A stretch of DNA of 64,000 bases, taken from contig JBEPZY010000001.1 in the NCBI GenBank assembly GCA_041640595.1, positions 832,001 through 896,000 of the forward strand, given 5' to 3'. This document shows positions 26,516 through 39,311 of the stretch, in pieces. Made by a program: the position numbers and the translations under genes. Positions within the stretch are counted from its first letter, which is position 1, and the number at the start of each line of letters is the position of its first letter. The DNA comes from Gemmatales bacterium (lineage in GTDB: Bacteria > Planctomycetota > Planctomycetia > Gemmatales > HRBIN36). The notes under the pieces were generated by a model, which did no database searches, had not been told where the DNA came from, and saw nothing but the letters and a program-made list of their open reading frames with translations.

Positions 26516-28642
26516 ATGAATTCGGGTCGAGCCAGGCTGCTGAGCACAGGCAAACCACTGCTAGCATGGCTGTGCGACCCTGTTGCAGTAAAGCCCCGTT
26601 ATCTCCTGGCTTGCCTCGCAATGATTACGGTTGCCGCGGGTGCGTTTATCTTGTGGCCACAACGCTGGTTTTCATTGTGGGTTGCAGAGCCTCGGGCTGC
26701 TGCGCAGCAGCCGAGTTCAGCCAACCCTGTTGTCGGAGCTGATGTAGCGCGACTGACGGAGCTTCTCTACAACCGAGCTGACCCCATCCAGCAAAGCCAG
26801 GCAGCCATTCTGCTCCTTCAACTCGATAGCCCGGAAAGCCGTGAAGTCGTGCGGCAGGGATTGCGGCGATGGGACCGGGCAGATGTCTTCCAGGCGCTGG
26901 CTGGTGCTCTTCGGCTACGACGCGATCCGCAATACATCCCGCTTCTATTGCGGGCCCTCAGCTCCGAGCAGGCAGCCATCAGGCAATCAGCTATAGATGC
27001 ACTCGCCCGAATGGATTATCGGCTGGTGGTGAGACCTTTAGTGGCGATAGCGGAAGACGCGACGGCCAGCATGACCGCACGTCAAGCTGCCACCACGGCA
27101 CTGGCACGCACACAACAACGGGCCGCTATTGCTCCGCTCTTGAGTTTGCTGAGCTCCGAAGCCCCGCCGGTGCGTGAAGCGGCAGCTGCTGCACTGGAGG
27201 AGTTGACCGGCTTGAATTACGGGCTGGATGTCAACCGCTGGCAGCAGTGGTGGCAACAGCACAAGGACGTTACCGATGAAGAATGGCTGGCGGCCCGCAA
27301 TGCCGCTCTGTCTGATCAGGTGCGGCGACTAAATGCCGAGCTGAGTCGAGCAGAAGCCTACATTGTCCAGCTTCACCAGCAAATTTACAGCAAGACGCCG
27401 CTGGCAGACCGTCTCAATCACTTCCAAACCCTGGTGCAAAGCGACTATCCAGCAGTGCGTGTGCAGGCGATTGTCTGGATGGTCGAATCGTTACCGGAAC
27501 TGGATTCCGCCCAGCAAAAGCAGATTACCCGTTTATTGCTCCAGCTAACCGAAGATGGCGTGGAAACCGTGCAACGGCAGGCGGTACTGGCTCTGGAAAA
27601 GCGGCTCGAGGATCCTCAGGTACTCGGGCGGTTGCTCACGATCCTCGAGCAGGGGAGCGTATCGGTGCGGGCAGCGGCGGCGCGGAGCCTGGGACGATTG
27701 CCCAGCTCGTTACAGCAACCCGAGCGGATGGCCCCGATTTTAGCGGCGTTGCAAAAAGCTCTCAAAGACCCATCCCTCACCGTAGTTGCAGAAGCTACTG
27801 AGAGCATCGGCGCTACGGGTGCTCCCCAGGCAGCACTCATTCTCGCGGAACTGCTCCGCCATCCTTCGGAAGGTGTTCGCCAAGCAGCAGCGCGAGCGTT
27901 AGAGCCGATCGCCGATGAGCGGGTACTACCAGATTTGCTCCAGGCCCTGGGCGACAGTGCTGCCAGCGTTCGTTTTCATGTGGTCGGTGCGCTGGGCCGG
28001 ATCGGCGTGCTGGGAAATGACCAGCGAAAAGCGGAGATCGCAAAGCGATTGCAAAGCCTTATGCTGCAGGATGGCGATCCAGGCGTGCGCAGCCGTGCGG
28101 CCGGAATTATGGGAGAACTGGGCACCCCTGCCGACTTAGTGTTTCTGTGGCAGCGCTGTCAGGCTACCGAAGACGAACGCGTCAAGCTCAAGGCCTGGTC
28201 AGCGATGCTCGATATTCTCGCCCGCAGCGGCAATCCTGATCTGGTGGCTCAATGGGATCAACTTCTGGCCCATCAGCGCGAAACAGCTCGCCGCATCGAA
28301 ATGCTTACCGAAATTCGCAGCCGCTGGCAGAAGACTGAAAGTCTGCGGCCCCATCTTGACTCGATTCAGGCGTTGCTGGTGCAGGCCTACTTGGCGCAGC
28401 GACGCTGGCAAGCGGCTGGCCCACTGGCCCTGGAACTGGCTCGCCGGGCTCCTAATGACAACGAGTTGCGCCGCCGCTTACGCTGGCTGCTTGCCGCCGG
28501 CTATCTCGCACTCGAAGACAAAAAACCAGAAGAAACACTGGCCTGGATACGTGATGCGGAAGACCTGTTACCTCGGGCCGGTGATATTGCCTTTGAGTTT
28601 GCCGTGCTCAGGCAAAAAGCGGCTCAGGTCGAAAAGCCCTGA
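26516..28642 (+). CDS. HEAT-repeat protein with N-terminal membrane anchor
   Basis: Repeated VR..AA.AL..L units with L..AL.D spacers. Hydrophobic segment at about aa 29-46. Confidence 0.85.
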   Translation: MNSGRARLLSTGKPLLAWLCDPVAVKPRYLLACLAMITVAAGAFILWPQRWFSLWVAEPRAAAQQPSSANPVVGADVARLTELLYNRADPIQQSQAAILLLQLDSPESREVVRQGLRRWDRADVFQALAGALRLRRDPQYIPLLLRALSSEQAAIRQSAIDALARMDYRLVVRPLVAIAEDATASMTARQAATTALARTQQRAAIAPLLSLLSSEAPPVREAAAAALEELTGLNYGLDVNRWQQWWQQHKDVTDEEWLAARNAALSDQVRRLNAELSRAEAYIVQLHQQIYSKTPLADRLNHFQTLVQSDYPAVRVQAIVWMVESLPELDSAQQKQITRLLLQLTEDGVETVQRQAVLALEKRLEDPQVLGRLLTILEQGSVSVRAAAARSLGRLPSSLQQPERMAPILAALQKALKDPSLTVVAEATESIGATGAPQAALILAELLRHPSEGVRQAAARALEPIADERVLPDLLQALGDSAASVRFHVVGALGRIGVLGNDQRKAEIAKRLQSLMLQDGDPGVRSRAAGIMGELGTPADLVFLWQRCQATEDERVKLKAWSAMLDILARSGNPDLVAQWDQLLAHQRETARRIEMLTEIRSRWQKTESLRPHLDSIQALLVQAYLAQRRWQAAGPLALELARRAPNDNELRRRLRWLLAAGYLALEDKKPEETLAWIRDAEDLLPRAGDIAFEFAVLRQKAAQVEKP

Positions 28643-28850
28643 TCCAACCACAACGCTTGATTCGCTTCCACCCAATTTGCGTTGCAGCTAAGCAGAACCC
28701 GTCCCGGCCAGTGCAATTGTGATTCGTGACCTTGCATTTTTTCTTCTTACACAACACCTCACGCGTTCTCGCCGACCCTAACAAGCGCCATGAATAACGC
28801 CGGTCGGCTGACCGGTGGCCATCGGGTGATCCTGCCGATCATTGGGCCAG

Positions 28851-30167
<1,317 letters not shown>

Positions 30168-30378
30168 CTACTTCGCTGTGCGGCTGATTGACTCCTGCAA
30201 AGTGCGACCTTGTAAAGCTGCCATTATAGCGAACCGGCCAACCTTTTCACAAATGTCCGCTCGGCTTCAACAGGTCAACCACTGGCAACACGCCGACTCA
30301 CGCTCTTGAGTAAGTGATCGGCATAAATGGTTACACCGGCAAAGTGGACGTAGTACAGCCTGAGACGGTGCCCTGCCA

Positions 30379-31593
30379 TCACCACGGGGGATCGATGGCC
30401 AGCACTTGCACCGCTTGCCCAGGAACGAAGCGATTTTCTCCCGCCGGCAAACGCAATAATGCATTGGCACGGGTCAATGCTCGCAGGTCGGCCGATCCCA
30501 GCCACGGTACCGCTTGCACACGCCAGGCACCTTCGTCGAACCACAGCTTGGCCGGATGATACGTAGGTCGGTCCGTGCGATAATAAAACTCCGCAGCGAA
30601 AGTGGCCTGGAGGTAAACCAAATGTGGTTCGCTTTTGCCGAGCATCACCCGCAGAGCTGGCCGAACAAAAAGCTCGAAGCCGACGAAGCTGCTTACCGGG
30701 TTGCCCGGTAATCCGAAGACCAGCTTGTCGTTGTACACCCCGAAAAGTAACGGCTTGCCCGGCTTCAGCGATACCTTATGAAACAACAGCTGCACGCCTT
30801 CTTCCTGGAGCAGTTGCGGAACCAGATCAAGAGGGCCGACGGATACACCGCCGCTCAGCACGAGCACATCGCACTTCAATCCCTCGCGCACGAGTGGTCG
30901 GAGACTATCGAGAGTATCTCGGGCAATACCCAGATAGCGCGGCAACGCATGATTCCGGGCCACCAGTGCCGCCAACATGGCTGCGTTAGAGTTCCGTATC
31001 TGACCGGGACCAGGCGTCATTCCAGGCTCGACCAGTTCGTCTCCGGTGGGCAAAATCGCAACTACTGGCTGGCGGTACACGGGCACGGCTGTTTTTCCGA
31101 CGCTGGCCAGCACGCCGATCTCCGCAGGGCGAATCACGGTTCCGGCCAACAGGATCAGCTCGCCCCGCCGCATCTCCGCTCCCTGCGGTAGCACATTCTC
31201 GCCAGCGCGAGGTTGGCGCAGCAGGCGTATGCGATCTGCACCGGCAGGTTCCACCTGTTCCTGCATAACGACAGCATCCGCACCCGCCGGAAGCATAGCG
31301 CCAGTGGTTACGCGGGCTGCTTCGCCGATGGCCAGTGGTTGCGACGGCGTTGCCCCGGCCATGATTTCCATCACCACCCGGCGCTCAGACGTGTCATCCT
31401 GGCAGCGTACGGCAAATCCGTCCACGAGCGACTTGGCAAAGGGGGGACTATCGCGGTCAGCGTAAACGTCTTCCGCCAGCACCAAACCCAGCAGTGCACT
31501 GGTCAACGAGGCAACCTGCGGCGGCAACCGATGCGCCTGCGACAATACCTTTGCCAGAGCGCTTTCCACCGAATGCGGTTCATCTCGGAGCAT
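30379..31593 (-). CDS. moeA: Molybdopterin molybdotransferase MoeA
   Basis: DGFAV, TGAMLPAGADAVV, TGDEL, SGGVSVG, KPGKP and GLPGNPVS. Confidence 0.95.
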   Translation of the reverse strand: MLRDEPHSVESALAKVLSQAHRLPPQVASLTSALLGLVLAEDVYADRDSPPFAKSLVDGFAVRCQDDTSERRVVMEIMAGATPSQPLAIGEAARVTTGAMLPAGADAVVMQEQVEPAGADRIRLLRQPRAGENVLPQGAEMRRGELILLAGTVIRPAEIGVLASVGKTAVPVYRQPVVAILPTGDELVEPGMTPGPGQIRNSNAAMLAALVARNHALPRYLGIARDTLDSLRPLVREGLKCDVLVLSGGVSVGPLDLVPQLLQEEGVQLLFHKVSLKPGKPLLFGVYNDKLVFGLPGNPVSSFVGFELFVRPALRVMLGKSEPHLVYLQATFAAEFYYRTDRPTYHPAKLWFDEGAWRVQAVPWLGSADLRALTRANALLRLPAGENRFVPGQAVQVLAIDPPW

Positions 31594-31660
31594 AGTTTTC
31601 TTCAGCCAGTCCTGGCACGGCAGATTTTGTCAGTCTGATGGTAGCCAGGGAAGCACCGAC

Positions 31661-32236
<576 letters not shown>

Positions 32237-32314
32237 AGCGACACCTTTTGACACCGTTCAGGAAGATAAGTCCGTATCCCCAAAGGAAGTATAGGAGTAC
32301 CTGGGATAATAAGG

Positions 32315-33607
32315 TCAATCGGGCCTGGTGTCGCGTTGTGTCGAAGCTGGTTTGCTGAAACAGAACAGATGCTTGCGTCCGCGAATGAAAATGCGACCAT
32401 CAGCGATAGCCGGGGTCGCAAATACTTGTTCACTGACGCTGCCACGACCGAGCAATTGAAATTGCGGTGCTGCGGCGAAAACAAACACCTCTCCTTCTTC
32501 ACTAACCGCATAAATCCGCTCACCAGCTAATACCGGCGAGGCCGAAAAGCTGCCGCCTCCTTCCAGCCGTTCCATCCAGACGCGCTCGCCAGTAGCAGAC
32601 CGGACACACCCTGCAATTCCCGAATCATTTACGAAATATAAATGCTCGCCATGCGCCAGAATGGTCGGCACATAAGGCAGGAAACGCTTATTTTCCCAGA
32701 CCAGATGGGATTCCGGCACTCGACCGCGGTCACCCGGACGGATGGCCACTGCATGTCGGGCACCGCCACCGTCACCACTCGTGGCGATGATCAGCCCGTT
32801 CGCATAAATCGGCGAAGCCACCGTTCGCAGCGGCATGCCATCGAACCGCCACTCCCAGTGCCAGATTTCCTTACCGTTAGCGGGGTCGTAGGCCGTGATC
32901 CCTGCCGTACTGGCTACGATCAGCTCCGGGGCATGTTGCGGTCGTTCCAGAATAAAGGGAGTAGAGTAGCAGGCACGGAATGGCTGGCGTTGCGTTTGCC
33001 AGAGCAGTTTACCCGTCCGTGCATCGTAAGCCACAATTACCGAGGTGCCATCCTGGTCGTTGGCTACGATGACTTTGCCGTCATAAACAATGGGAGAATG
33101 ACCGGCTCCGTGTTGACTGGTGTACGTTCCCAGGTTTTGCTCCCAGACGGTTTTGCCGGTGAAATCGCAGGCTACCAAAATGTAATTTTCGCCGGTCCAC
33201 AAAAGCGCGTAAACCCGTTCGCCATCAGTGGCCGGGGTGTTGGAGGCAAACGTGTTCTTGCGATGTTTGGGAGCGGCTTTGCCTTTCCATTGTCGCTGCC
33301 ATAACACCTGTCCTGTCTCTGTCCGTATGCAGAGCAAGTACCGTTGTTGCCCATCCGTGCTCGACGATTGTACAAACAGGTAACTGCCCCAGATGACGGG
33401 TGAGGAGTTCCCTTCGCCGGGCAGAGCGACTTTCCAGGCGGCATCATCAGGTCCCTTCCACTGAATCGGCAAGTTCGTGTCCGGAGCGGTACCCTGACCG
33501 TTGGGGCCGCGGAAACGCGGCCAGTGTGCGGCCTGGACGAGTGTACTCGCCAGTATTGCGCTCACGGCCAAATAGACAAGCTGACAGCGCTGGCTCCGAA
33601 TCATCAT
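32315..33607 (-). CDS. PQQ-binding-like beta-propeller protein (planctomycete BamB-like family)
   Basis: Signal peptide, WPRFRGPNGQG, GNSSPVI, repeated TG...W blades and ATPAI. Confidence 0.9.
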   Translation of the reverse strand: MMIRSQRCQLVYLAVSAILASTLVQAAHWPRFRGPNGQGTAPDTNLPIQWKGPDDAAWKVALPGEGNSSPVIWGSYLFVQSSSTDGQQRYLLCIRTETGQVLWQRQWKGKAAPKHRKNTFASNTPATDGERVYALLWTGENYILVACDFTGKTVWEQNLGTYTSQHGAGHSPIVYDGKVIVANDQDGTSVIVAYDARTGKLLWQTQRQPFRACYSTPFILERPQHAPELIVASTAGITAYDPANGKEIWHWEWRFDGMPLRTVASPIYANGLIIATSGDGGGARHAVAIRPGDRGRVPESHLVWENKRFLPYVPTILAHGEHLYFVNDSGIAGCVRSATGERVWMERLEGGGSFSASPVLAGERIYAVSEEGEVFVFAAAPQFQLLGRGSVSEQVFATPAIADGRIFIRGRKHLFCFSKPASTQRDTRPD

Positions 33608-33922
33608 TTTGCTTCTCCACTAGCTGCAGGTGGGACTGAGCAGGCAGGAAGGCGGGGTTCACCGCTCGACGGCATTGTACCACTCCGCCCAGCGGTTGCC
33701 AGTACCCGTTATAAGCGAGACAGCCATCACCGGTTTTCGATTCTGCCCCGTGGACAACTCGACGAATCTTGTCCTGGTGATTATCGTAACGCTCAGCGGC
33801 ATTTGCTATCGTGAGCCAGCGGCTCCGCTTTACTGACGCAGCCGATGCACGTGAAGCCGCACGCTGAAGCTCACATGGCACACGTGGCCTGATGCCAAGC
33901 CAGCTCAGATGGGGGGCAATCC

Positions 33923-34813
33923 GTGAAAACTCTCCGTGGCATTATCCCGCCGGTAGCTACTCCGATGCAGGACAACGAAGACCTGGATTTGCCGCGATTG
34001 CGCTGGTTCCTGGACTACCTGATTGAAAATGGTGTGCATGGTGTGTTCGTGTTGGGGACGAATAGCGAGTTTTATGCACTGAGCGAAGATGAAAAACAGG
34101 CTGTCATGGCCACGGCTGTCCAGCACGTGCGTGGTCGAGTGCCCGTCGTCGCAGGAGTTGGGGCAGAAACCACCCGAGAAGTTTTACGTCTGGTGCGCCT
34201 GGCCGAACGCGAACAGGTGGACGCTTTATCCATCATTACGCCCTATTTTATCAGCCCCAATCAGCAGGAGATTTACCAGCATTATCGTCGTATCGCCGAA
34301 AGCACTTCTTTGCCCATTATGCTGTACAACAATCCAGCGACCTGCAACGGTTTGCGAATCGAACCGGATACCCTGGCACGCCTGGCCGAATTACCCAACG
34401 TGATTGGCGTGAAGGATTCTAGCGGGGATTTGCAGAACACAATGGAATACCTGAGGATGGCACCGGCACGATTTGCGGTGCTGCAGGGGCGCGACACCCT
34501 GATCTACTCCAGTCTCGACCTGGGCTGCAAGGGTGCCGTCCCGGCATCGGCCAATGTAGCGCCACGTTTGTGTGCCGAAATTTACGATACTTTTACGCGA
34601 GGAGACCGAGAAGCGAGCAAACAAGCCCAGTGGCGACTGAATCCGGTACGGTTGAGTCTTGGCCTGGCCACTGCCCCTGGCGGAGTCAAAGCCGCTCTTA
34701 TGCTTCTGGGAAAACCTATTGGCCCGTGCCGTTCTCCCGTTACTTTCCCCAGCGGCGAAAAGTTGGAACAGATGCGGCGGATTCTTGTGAGTGCCGGGTT
34801 ATTGTCCGAATAG
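33923..34813 (+). CDS. Dihydrodipicolinate synthase-family aldolase
   Basis: GIIPPVATP, LGTNSEF, RVPVVAG, ITPYF, LYNNP and GVKDSSGD (Schiff-base Lys). Confidence 0.9.
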   Translation: MKTLRGIIPPVATPMQDNEDLDLPRLRWFLDYLIENGVHGVFVLGTNSEFYALSEDEKQAVMATAVQHVRGRVPVVAGVGAETTREVLRLVRLAEREQVDALSIITPYFISPNQQEIYQHYRRIAESTSLPIMLYNNPATCNGLRIEPDTLARLAELPNVIGVKDSSGDLQNTMEYLRMAPARFAVLQGRDTLIYSSLDLGCKGAVPASANVAPRLCAEIYDTFTRGDREASKQAQWRLNPVRLSLGLATAPGGVKAALMLLGKPIGPCRSPVTFPSGEKLEQMRRILVSAGLLSE

Positions 34814-34864
34814 CGGTCAGCCAAAAGCGGGCACAATACGTTACCGTTTGACTCTTCCTGCGTG

Positions 34865-35944
34865 CTACTGGTTGGGCTTGCGGACAATTTTCAGGATGCG
34901 GTGGTTGGAAGAATCGCAGATGTAAATTTCGCCGGTTTCCGGGTGGACGGTTACTCCGTGGGGGCGATTGAGCTCCACCTGCTTCGGGTCTCCCCCGAGT
35001 CCTGATGCACCGCGTTTGCCACACCCGGCCACAAGTGTGACCTGTTCCCTGCGAGGATCGTAACGCACGATCCTGTGGTTCTCAGTATCCGCGATGAGAA
35101 TGCTGTCGTCCCGGTCCACGCACAGATGTTTGGGACCGTTGAAGCCGGCCTGCAGTGCTGGGCCCAGAGCGGCGCCTGGCTTTCCCGTCCCGGCGACGGT
35201 GCGGATAGTGCCGTCTGGCAGCACGACCCGCAAGGCATGCCCTCCACGTTCCAGAATCCAGATACGTCCTGCGCGATCCGCAACGGCCGCCCGCGGATCG
35301 ACAAGGGGTTGCTGGACTGCGGGTTGTCCGTCCTGGGGAACGCCTCGCTGACCGTTTCCGGCAATCGTGCGAATCTTGCCGGTGCTCAGATCAATTTCCC
35401 GAATGCGGCGATTGCCCAGGTCGGTAACAATCAACCGCTTGCCGGCCGGATCGAGGGCAACGCAATACATCTGGTTGAACTGTGCCTGACTGGCTGGGCC
35501 ACCATCACCTGAAAATCCAGCTTGACCGTTCCCGGCAAGCGTGGCCACTGTCTGCTTCTTCGGATCGTAAACACGAATGCAGTGATTGAATGTATCAGCG
35601 ATATAAATGGTGCCATCCGGAGCGATGGCCAGATTATGCGGGCCACGAAACAAAGCCTCGTGAGCTGGAATTACGCCGCTTTCGAAACCGGATTTGCCTT
35701 CCCTACCGGCCAGAGTGGTCACCCTGCCCTGGCTATCTATCATCCGCAAACGGTGTCCCGGTTCCATTTCCACAAAGTATGCGTTTCCTCCATGAAATTC
35801 GATGCCGAAGGGTTCGATCAGCTTAGCCTGCTTCGCAGGGCTACCGTCTCCACCAGTGCCTCCGCCTGCCACAAGGACGATTTCATCCGCCCAGATAGTG
35901 CAAACCGATACAAAGAACCCACAGGCCACAATTATCCTGCGCAC
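34865..35944 (-). CDS. NHL-repeat beta-propeller protein, secreted
   Basis: Repeated IADT.NH.IR and AG.G..GFSGDGGPA units. GTG start with AAGGAGG RBS. Confidence 0.87.
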   Translation of the reverse strand: MRRIIVACGFFVSVCTIWADEIVLVAGGGTGGDGSPAKQAKLIEPFGIEFHGGNAYFVEMEPGHRLRMIDSQGRVTTLAGREGKSGFESGVIPAHEALFRGPHNLAIAPDGTIYIADTFNHCIRVYDPKKQTVATLAGNGQAGFSGDGGPASQAQFNQMYCVALDPAGKRLIVTDLGNRRIREIDLSTGKIRTIAGNGQRGVPQDGQPAVQQPLVDPRAAVADRAGRIWILERGGHALRVVLPDGTIRTVAGTGKPGAALGPALQAGFNGPKHLCVDRDDSILIADTENHRIVRYDPRREQVTLVAGCGKRGASGLGGDPKQVELNRPHGVTVHPETGEIYICDSSNHRILKIVRKPNQ

Positions 35945-36065
35945 GGTTTCCTCCTTCAGCTGGTCAGCCACTCCACTCGCCGTGGGGCAAATTGTCGCCG
36001 GTAGTCGAGGCGATTGACCTTCGGATGCCACTTTGTAAGCGGCAGGCTTCATCATAGCAACCCAC

Positions 36066-36093
36066 TTGCCAAAGGACTATTAGGTAGTATGAT
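36066..36093 (+). promoter_or_regulatory. Sigma70-like promoter of hppA
   Basis: TTGCCA-N16-TATGAT. Confidence 0.5.
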
Positions 36094-36174
36094 GGAACAT
36101 CCATCCGCCCACTGGCTAGCAACTCGGTCGGCTGTGTGGCAGGTTGATAATCAATCTCGGAGGGGATTCCGACG

Positions 36175-38814
36175 ATGGTAAAAGCTCTAGCAAAGGGACG
36201 GACGCTTTTTTCTCAACGCTGGCTCTGGCTGATGGTGGCGTTCACGGCTATCGGCCTGATGGGGAGCTTTTCTGAACACAGCGAAACCAAGTGGCAACCT
36301 TTCGGCTTTTTGACCGACCCCGAATATAGCACGATGGAACGCATTGCCCTGATTGCCAACGTAGTTATCGCGCTGGCTGGTTTGGGCTATGCGCTCATGC
36401 TGGTCAACGAAGTTTACAGTGCCCCGACCGGTACGACGCGGATGCAGGAAATTGCACGCGCTATCCGTGAAGGGGCAGATGCTTATTTGTTCCGGCAGTT
36501 CCGCACTATTCTGCCGCTGATCGTTGTGATCACGGCGTTGCTCATTATTACCAAATGGCCGTTCGACAAAACTCCTGGTACTGCGGATTATGTCGAGCAA
36601 CTACACATCGCTTTCGGCAGGGGCATCGCCTTCCTGATGGGTTCGTTGTTTTCGTGGACGGTCGGATTCGTCGGTATGCGTCTGGCTACCGCGGGCAATT
36701 TACGGGTGGCAGCTGCCGCTCGGGAAAGTTTCGGCAAAGCGTTGCAGATCGGTTATCGTACCGGAACAATTACCGGCATGCTCACGGACGGGCTGGGACT
36801 TTTGGGCGGCTCGCTGATCTTCCTCTACTTCGGAGAGAAGGCCTACGAGGCCCTGCTCGGTTTCGGTTTTGGCGGAACGTTGCTGGCCCTGTTCATGCGT
36901 GTCGGTGGAGGAATCTATACCAAGGCCGCGGATGTCGGAGCCGATCTGGTTGGCAAAATTGAAAAAGACATCCCCGAAGACGACCCGCGTAATGCTGCCA
37001 CGATTGCCGATAATGTGGGCGACAACGTGGGCGATTGCGCCGGTATGGCCGCCGACATTTTCGAGAGCTACGAAGTCACCATCGTTGCCGCCATGATTCT
37101 TGGTTACGCCAGTTTCGGTCATAAAGGCGTCATTTTCCCGCTGCTGGTGCGGGCCATAGGTGTCTTGGGCAGCATCATCAGCACTTACATGGTTCGGGCT
37201 GGGGACAAAGGCGATGTGCAAGCCGCCATGCGTGCTGTCAATCGGGGTTTCTGGCTCGGTTCCCTGATAAGCATTGCCGGGTTCCTGTTGCTGGGATTCT
37301 TTTATCTGCGTTTCGATCCCAGCTATCCTCATTGGGAGCGCATTCGTGAATACGAACAGAATCTGCCGGTCTGGGTGACGCTGGGAATCGCTGATCCGCA
37401 AACGGGCGTTCTGGACATGCGGCCGGCGTGGACGTGTTTGGTAGGCATTTTGCTTGCGATCGCCCTGAACTTTTGCACCGAGTACTGGACAGGAACGGAA
37501 TATGCACCGGTGAAGTCCCTGGCTAAAGCTTGCCGAACCGGGCACGCTACCAACATCATCCAGGGATTCGCGGTCGGTTATGAAAGCTCGGTGTGGGCGA
37601 TTATCATTATCGCGGCAGCCATTCTGGCGTCGGTGCTGGTGTACGCAGGAACCAACCCGATTTTCGTCGCGTTTGGCGTGGCCATGTGCGGAATCGGTAT
37701 GCTCACCTTGACCGGAAACACCATCAGCATGGATGTCTTCGGTCCGGTAGCAGACAACGCGAACGGTATCGGTGAAATGGGTTACAACCGAGACGAACAG
37801 GGACGGCCACTGCCGCCCAATCACCCCGATTACATGCCGCCGGAACAATACAAGCGTGCCCGCCAGATACTTGCCGACCTGGATGCGGTCGGCAACACGA
37901 CCAAGGCGATTACGAAGGGGATCGCCATTGGCTCGGCAGTGATCGCGGCGGTTTCCTTGTTCGCCAGTTTCATCGCGGTTATGGCCAAGGGAAGCGAAGA
38001 ACAAATCAACCAGCTGACCATGCAGGAATTTTACGACGGAGCCGCGAAGCTGACTGTCGCCGACCCGTATGTGTTCATCGGCTTGCTGATTGGTGGTGCG
38101 GTACCGTTTTTGTTCAGCAGCATGACGATCCGCGCGGTTGGCCGGGCAGCCTACCTGATCGTGCAGGAGTGTCGGCTCCAGTTCAAAGACCCCGATATCT
38201 GGGCCGGCACCAAAAAGCCGGATTATGGACGTGTAGTGGACATTTGCACGGCGACTGCGCAAAAGGAACTCGTCGGCCCGGGGTTACTGGCTATCTGTAC
38301 CCCTATCCTGGTCGGTTTTGTCCTGGGGCCAGTGGCTCTGGGAGGTTTCCTCGCTGGCATGATTCTGGCTGGTCAACTGCTAGCCGTGTTCATGGCCAAT
38401 GCAGGCGGTGCCTGGGACAATGCTAAGAAGACGATCGAAGACCAGCCTCGTACGCGTCTTACCGGCAAAGGCTCAGAGGCCCACAAGGCCAGTGTCACAG
38501 GTGATACGGTAGGCGACCCGTTGAAGGATACCGCTGGCCCGGCCATTAACCCGCTCATCAAAGTCATGAACATGGTGAGCTTACTCACGCTGCCTCTGGC
38601 GATTGCTTATAACGTGCGAACCAGCGATAAGCCGCACATAGGACTTCTGGTGAGCTTGGTGGCGGCACTGGCGATTGCCTGGGCCTGGTGGCAATCCAAA
38701 CGTGAAACAGCACAGATGCGGCAGATGGATGAAGAATTCACTCGCGCGTTAGAAGCCGATCTGGCCGCAGCCGAAAATGCTCAGCCGGAACCGGTATCCC
38801 AGATGTCGCATTAG
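36175..38814 (+). CDS. hppA: Membrane-bound ion-translocating pyrophosphatase (K+-independent type)
   Basis: GGIYTKAADVGADLVGKIE, IPEDDPRN, DNVGDNVGD, GNTTKA, GGAWDNAKK and GDTVGDPLKD. Confidence 0.95.
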   Translation: MVKALAKGRTLFSQRWLWLMVAFTAIGLMGSFSEHSETKWQPFGFLTDPEYSTMERIALIANVVIALAGLGYALMLVNEVYSAPTGTTRMQEIARAIREGADAYLFRQFRTILPLIVVITALLIITKWPFDKTPGTADYVEQLHIAFGRGIAFLMGSLFSWTVGFVGMRLATAGNLRVAAAARESFGKALQIGYRTGTITGMLTDGLGLLGGSLIFLYFGEKAYEALLGFGFGGTLLALFMRVGGGIYTKAADVGADLVGKIEKDIPEDDPRNAATIADNVGDNVGDCAGMAADIFESYEVTIVAAMILGYASFGHKGVIFPLLVRAIGVLGSIISTYMVRAGDKGDVQAAMRAVNRGFWLGSLISIAGFLLLGFFYLRFDPSYPHWERIREYEQNLPVWVTLGIADPQTGVLDMRPAWTCLVGILLAIALNFCTEYWTGTEYAPVKSLAKACRTGHATNIIQGFAVGYESSVWAIIIIAAAILASVLVYAGTNPIFVAFGVAMCGIGMLTLTGNTISMDVFGPVADNANGIGEMGYNRDEQGRPLPPNHPDYMPPEQYKRARQILADLDAVGNTTKAITKGIAIGSAVIAAVSLFASFIAVMAKGSEEQINQLTMQEFYDGAAKLTVADPYVFIGLLIGGAVPFLFSSMTIRAVGRAAYLIVQECRLQFKDPDIWAGTKKPDYGRVVDICTATAQKELVGPGLLAICTPILVGFVLGPVALGGFLAGMILAGQLLAVFMANAGGAWDNAKKTIEDQPRTRLTGKGSEAHKASVTGDTVGDPLKDTAGPAINPLIKVMNMVSLLTLPLAIAYNVRTSDKPHIGLLVSLVAALAIAWAWWQSKRETAQMRQMDEEFTRALEADLAAAENAQPEPVSQMSH

Positions 38815-39059
38815 CCCGGTCGGTCTTGTGGATTGTCTCGGCTATCAAGCATTCCATCGCACTCTTGTTGGAATGTTGCTTCGGAGTGGCGCCTCCTTGA
38901 AGAGGATCGCGGGAATGCAACCCTGGCTTCCCAACGTCTTGGCCCTTCCTTAGGAAGACTTGCGCAGCTGCACACTTGACAATGGCGTTCCACCCGCCAC
39001 AATGTTCTGGTGAGGAGGTGGATGGAATCCAAAATCCCGCGGTACAGGAGGGTGCCAAG

Positions 39060-39311
39060 ATGGTTGGAGCGAGCGTCGCGGCTGTCGGGAGTGTGAGGGA
39101 GGCTCTCTTGCGAACCGGTCTGGCATCGTTGCGCGACCTGCAAGTCGAAGAAGGCGCGGAAACGGTAATTGTTACTGGCAAGGTGCCGACTTTTTACTGT
39201 AAACAAGTCGCCCAGGAAACGGTAGTTTCTGCGGCCGGGCCCCGACGGGTGGTCATCCGCATTTCCGTAGCGCCAAGCGGAAGTGCAAGCAGCGCCCTCA
39301 ACGAACCATAA
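39060..39311 (+). CDS. Small single-BON-domain protein
   Basis: LRDLQV...VIVTGKVPTFYCKQVAQE matches the planctomycete BON pattern. AGGAGG RBS. Confidence 0.75.
   Translation: MVGASVAAVGSVREALLRTGLASLRDLQVEEGAETVIVTGKVPTFYCKQVAQETVVSAAGPRRVVIRISVAPSGSASSALNEP

Noticed and set aside
36700..38262. 520-aa antisense ORF
   Set aside because: Shadow of hppA on the opposite strand. It has no recognisable motifs and is expected from GC-rich codon bias.
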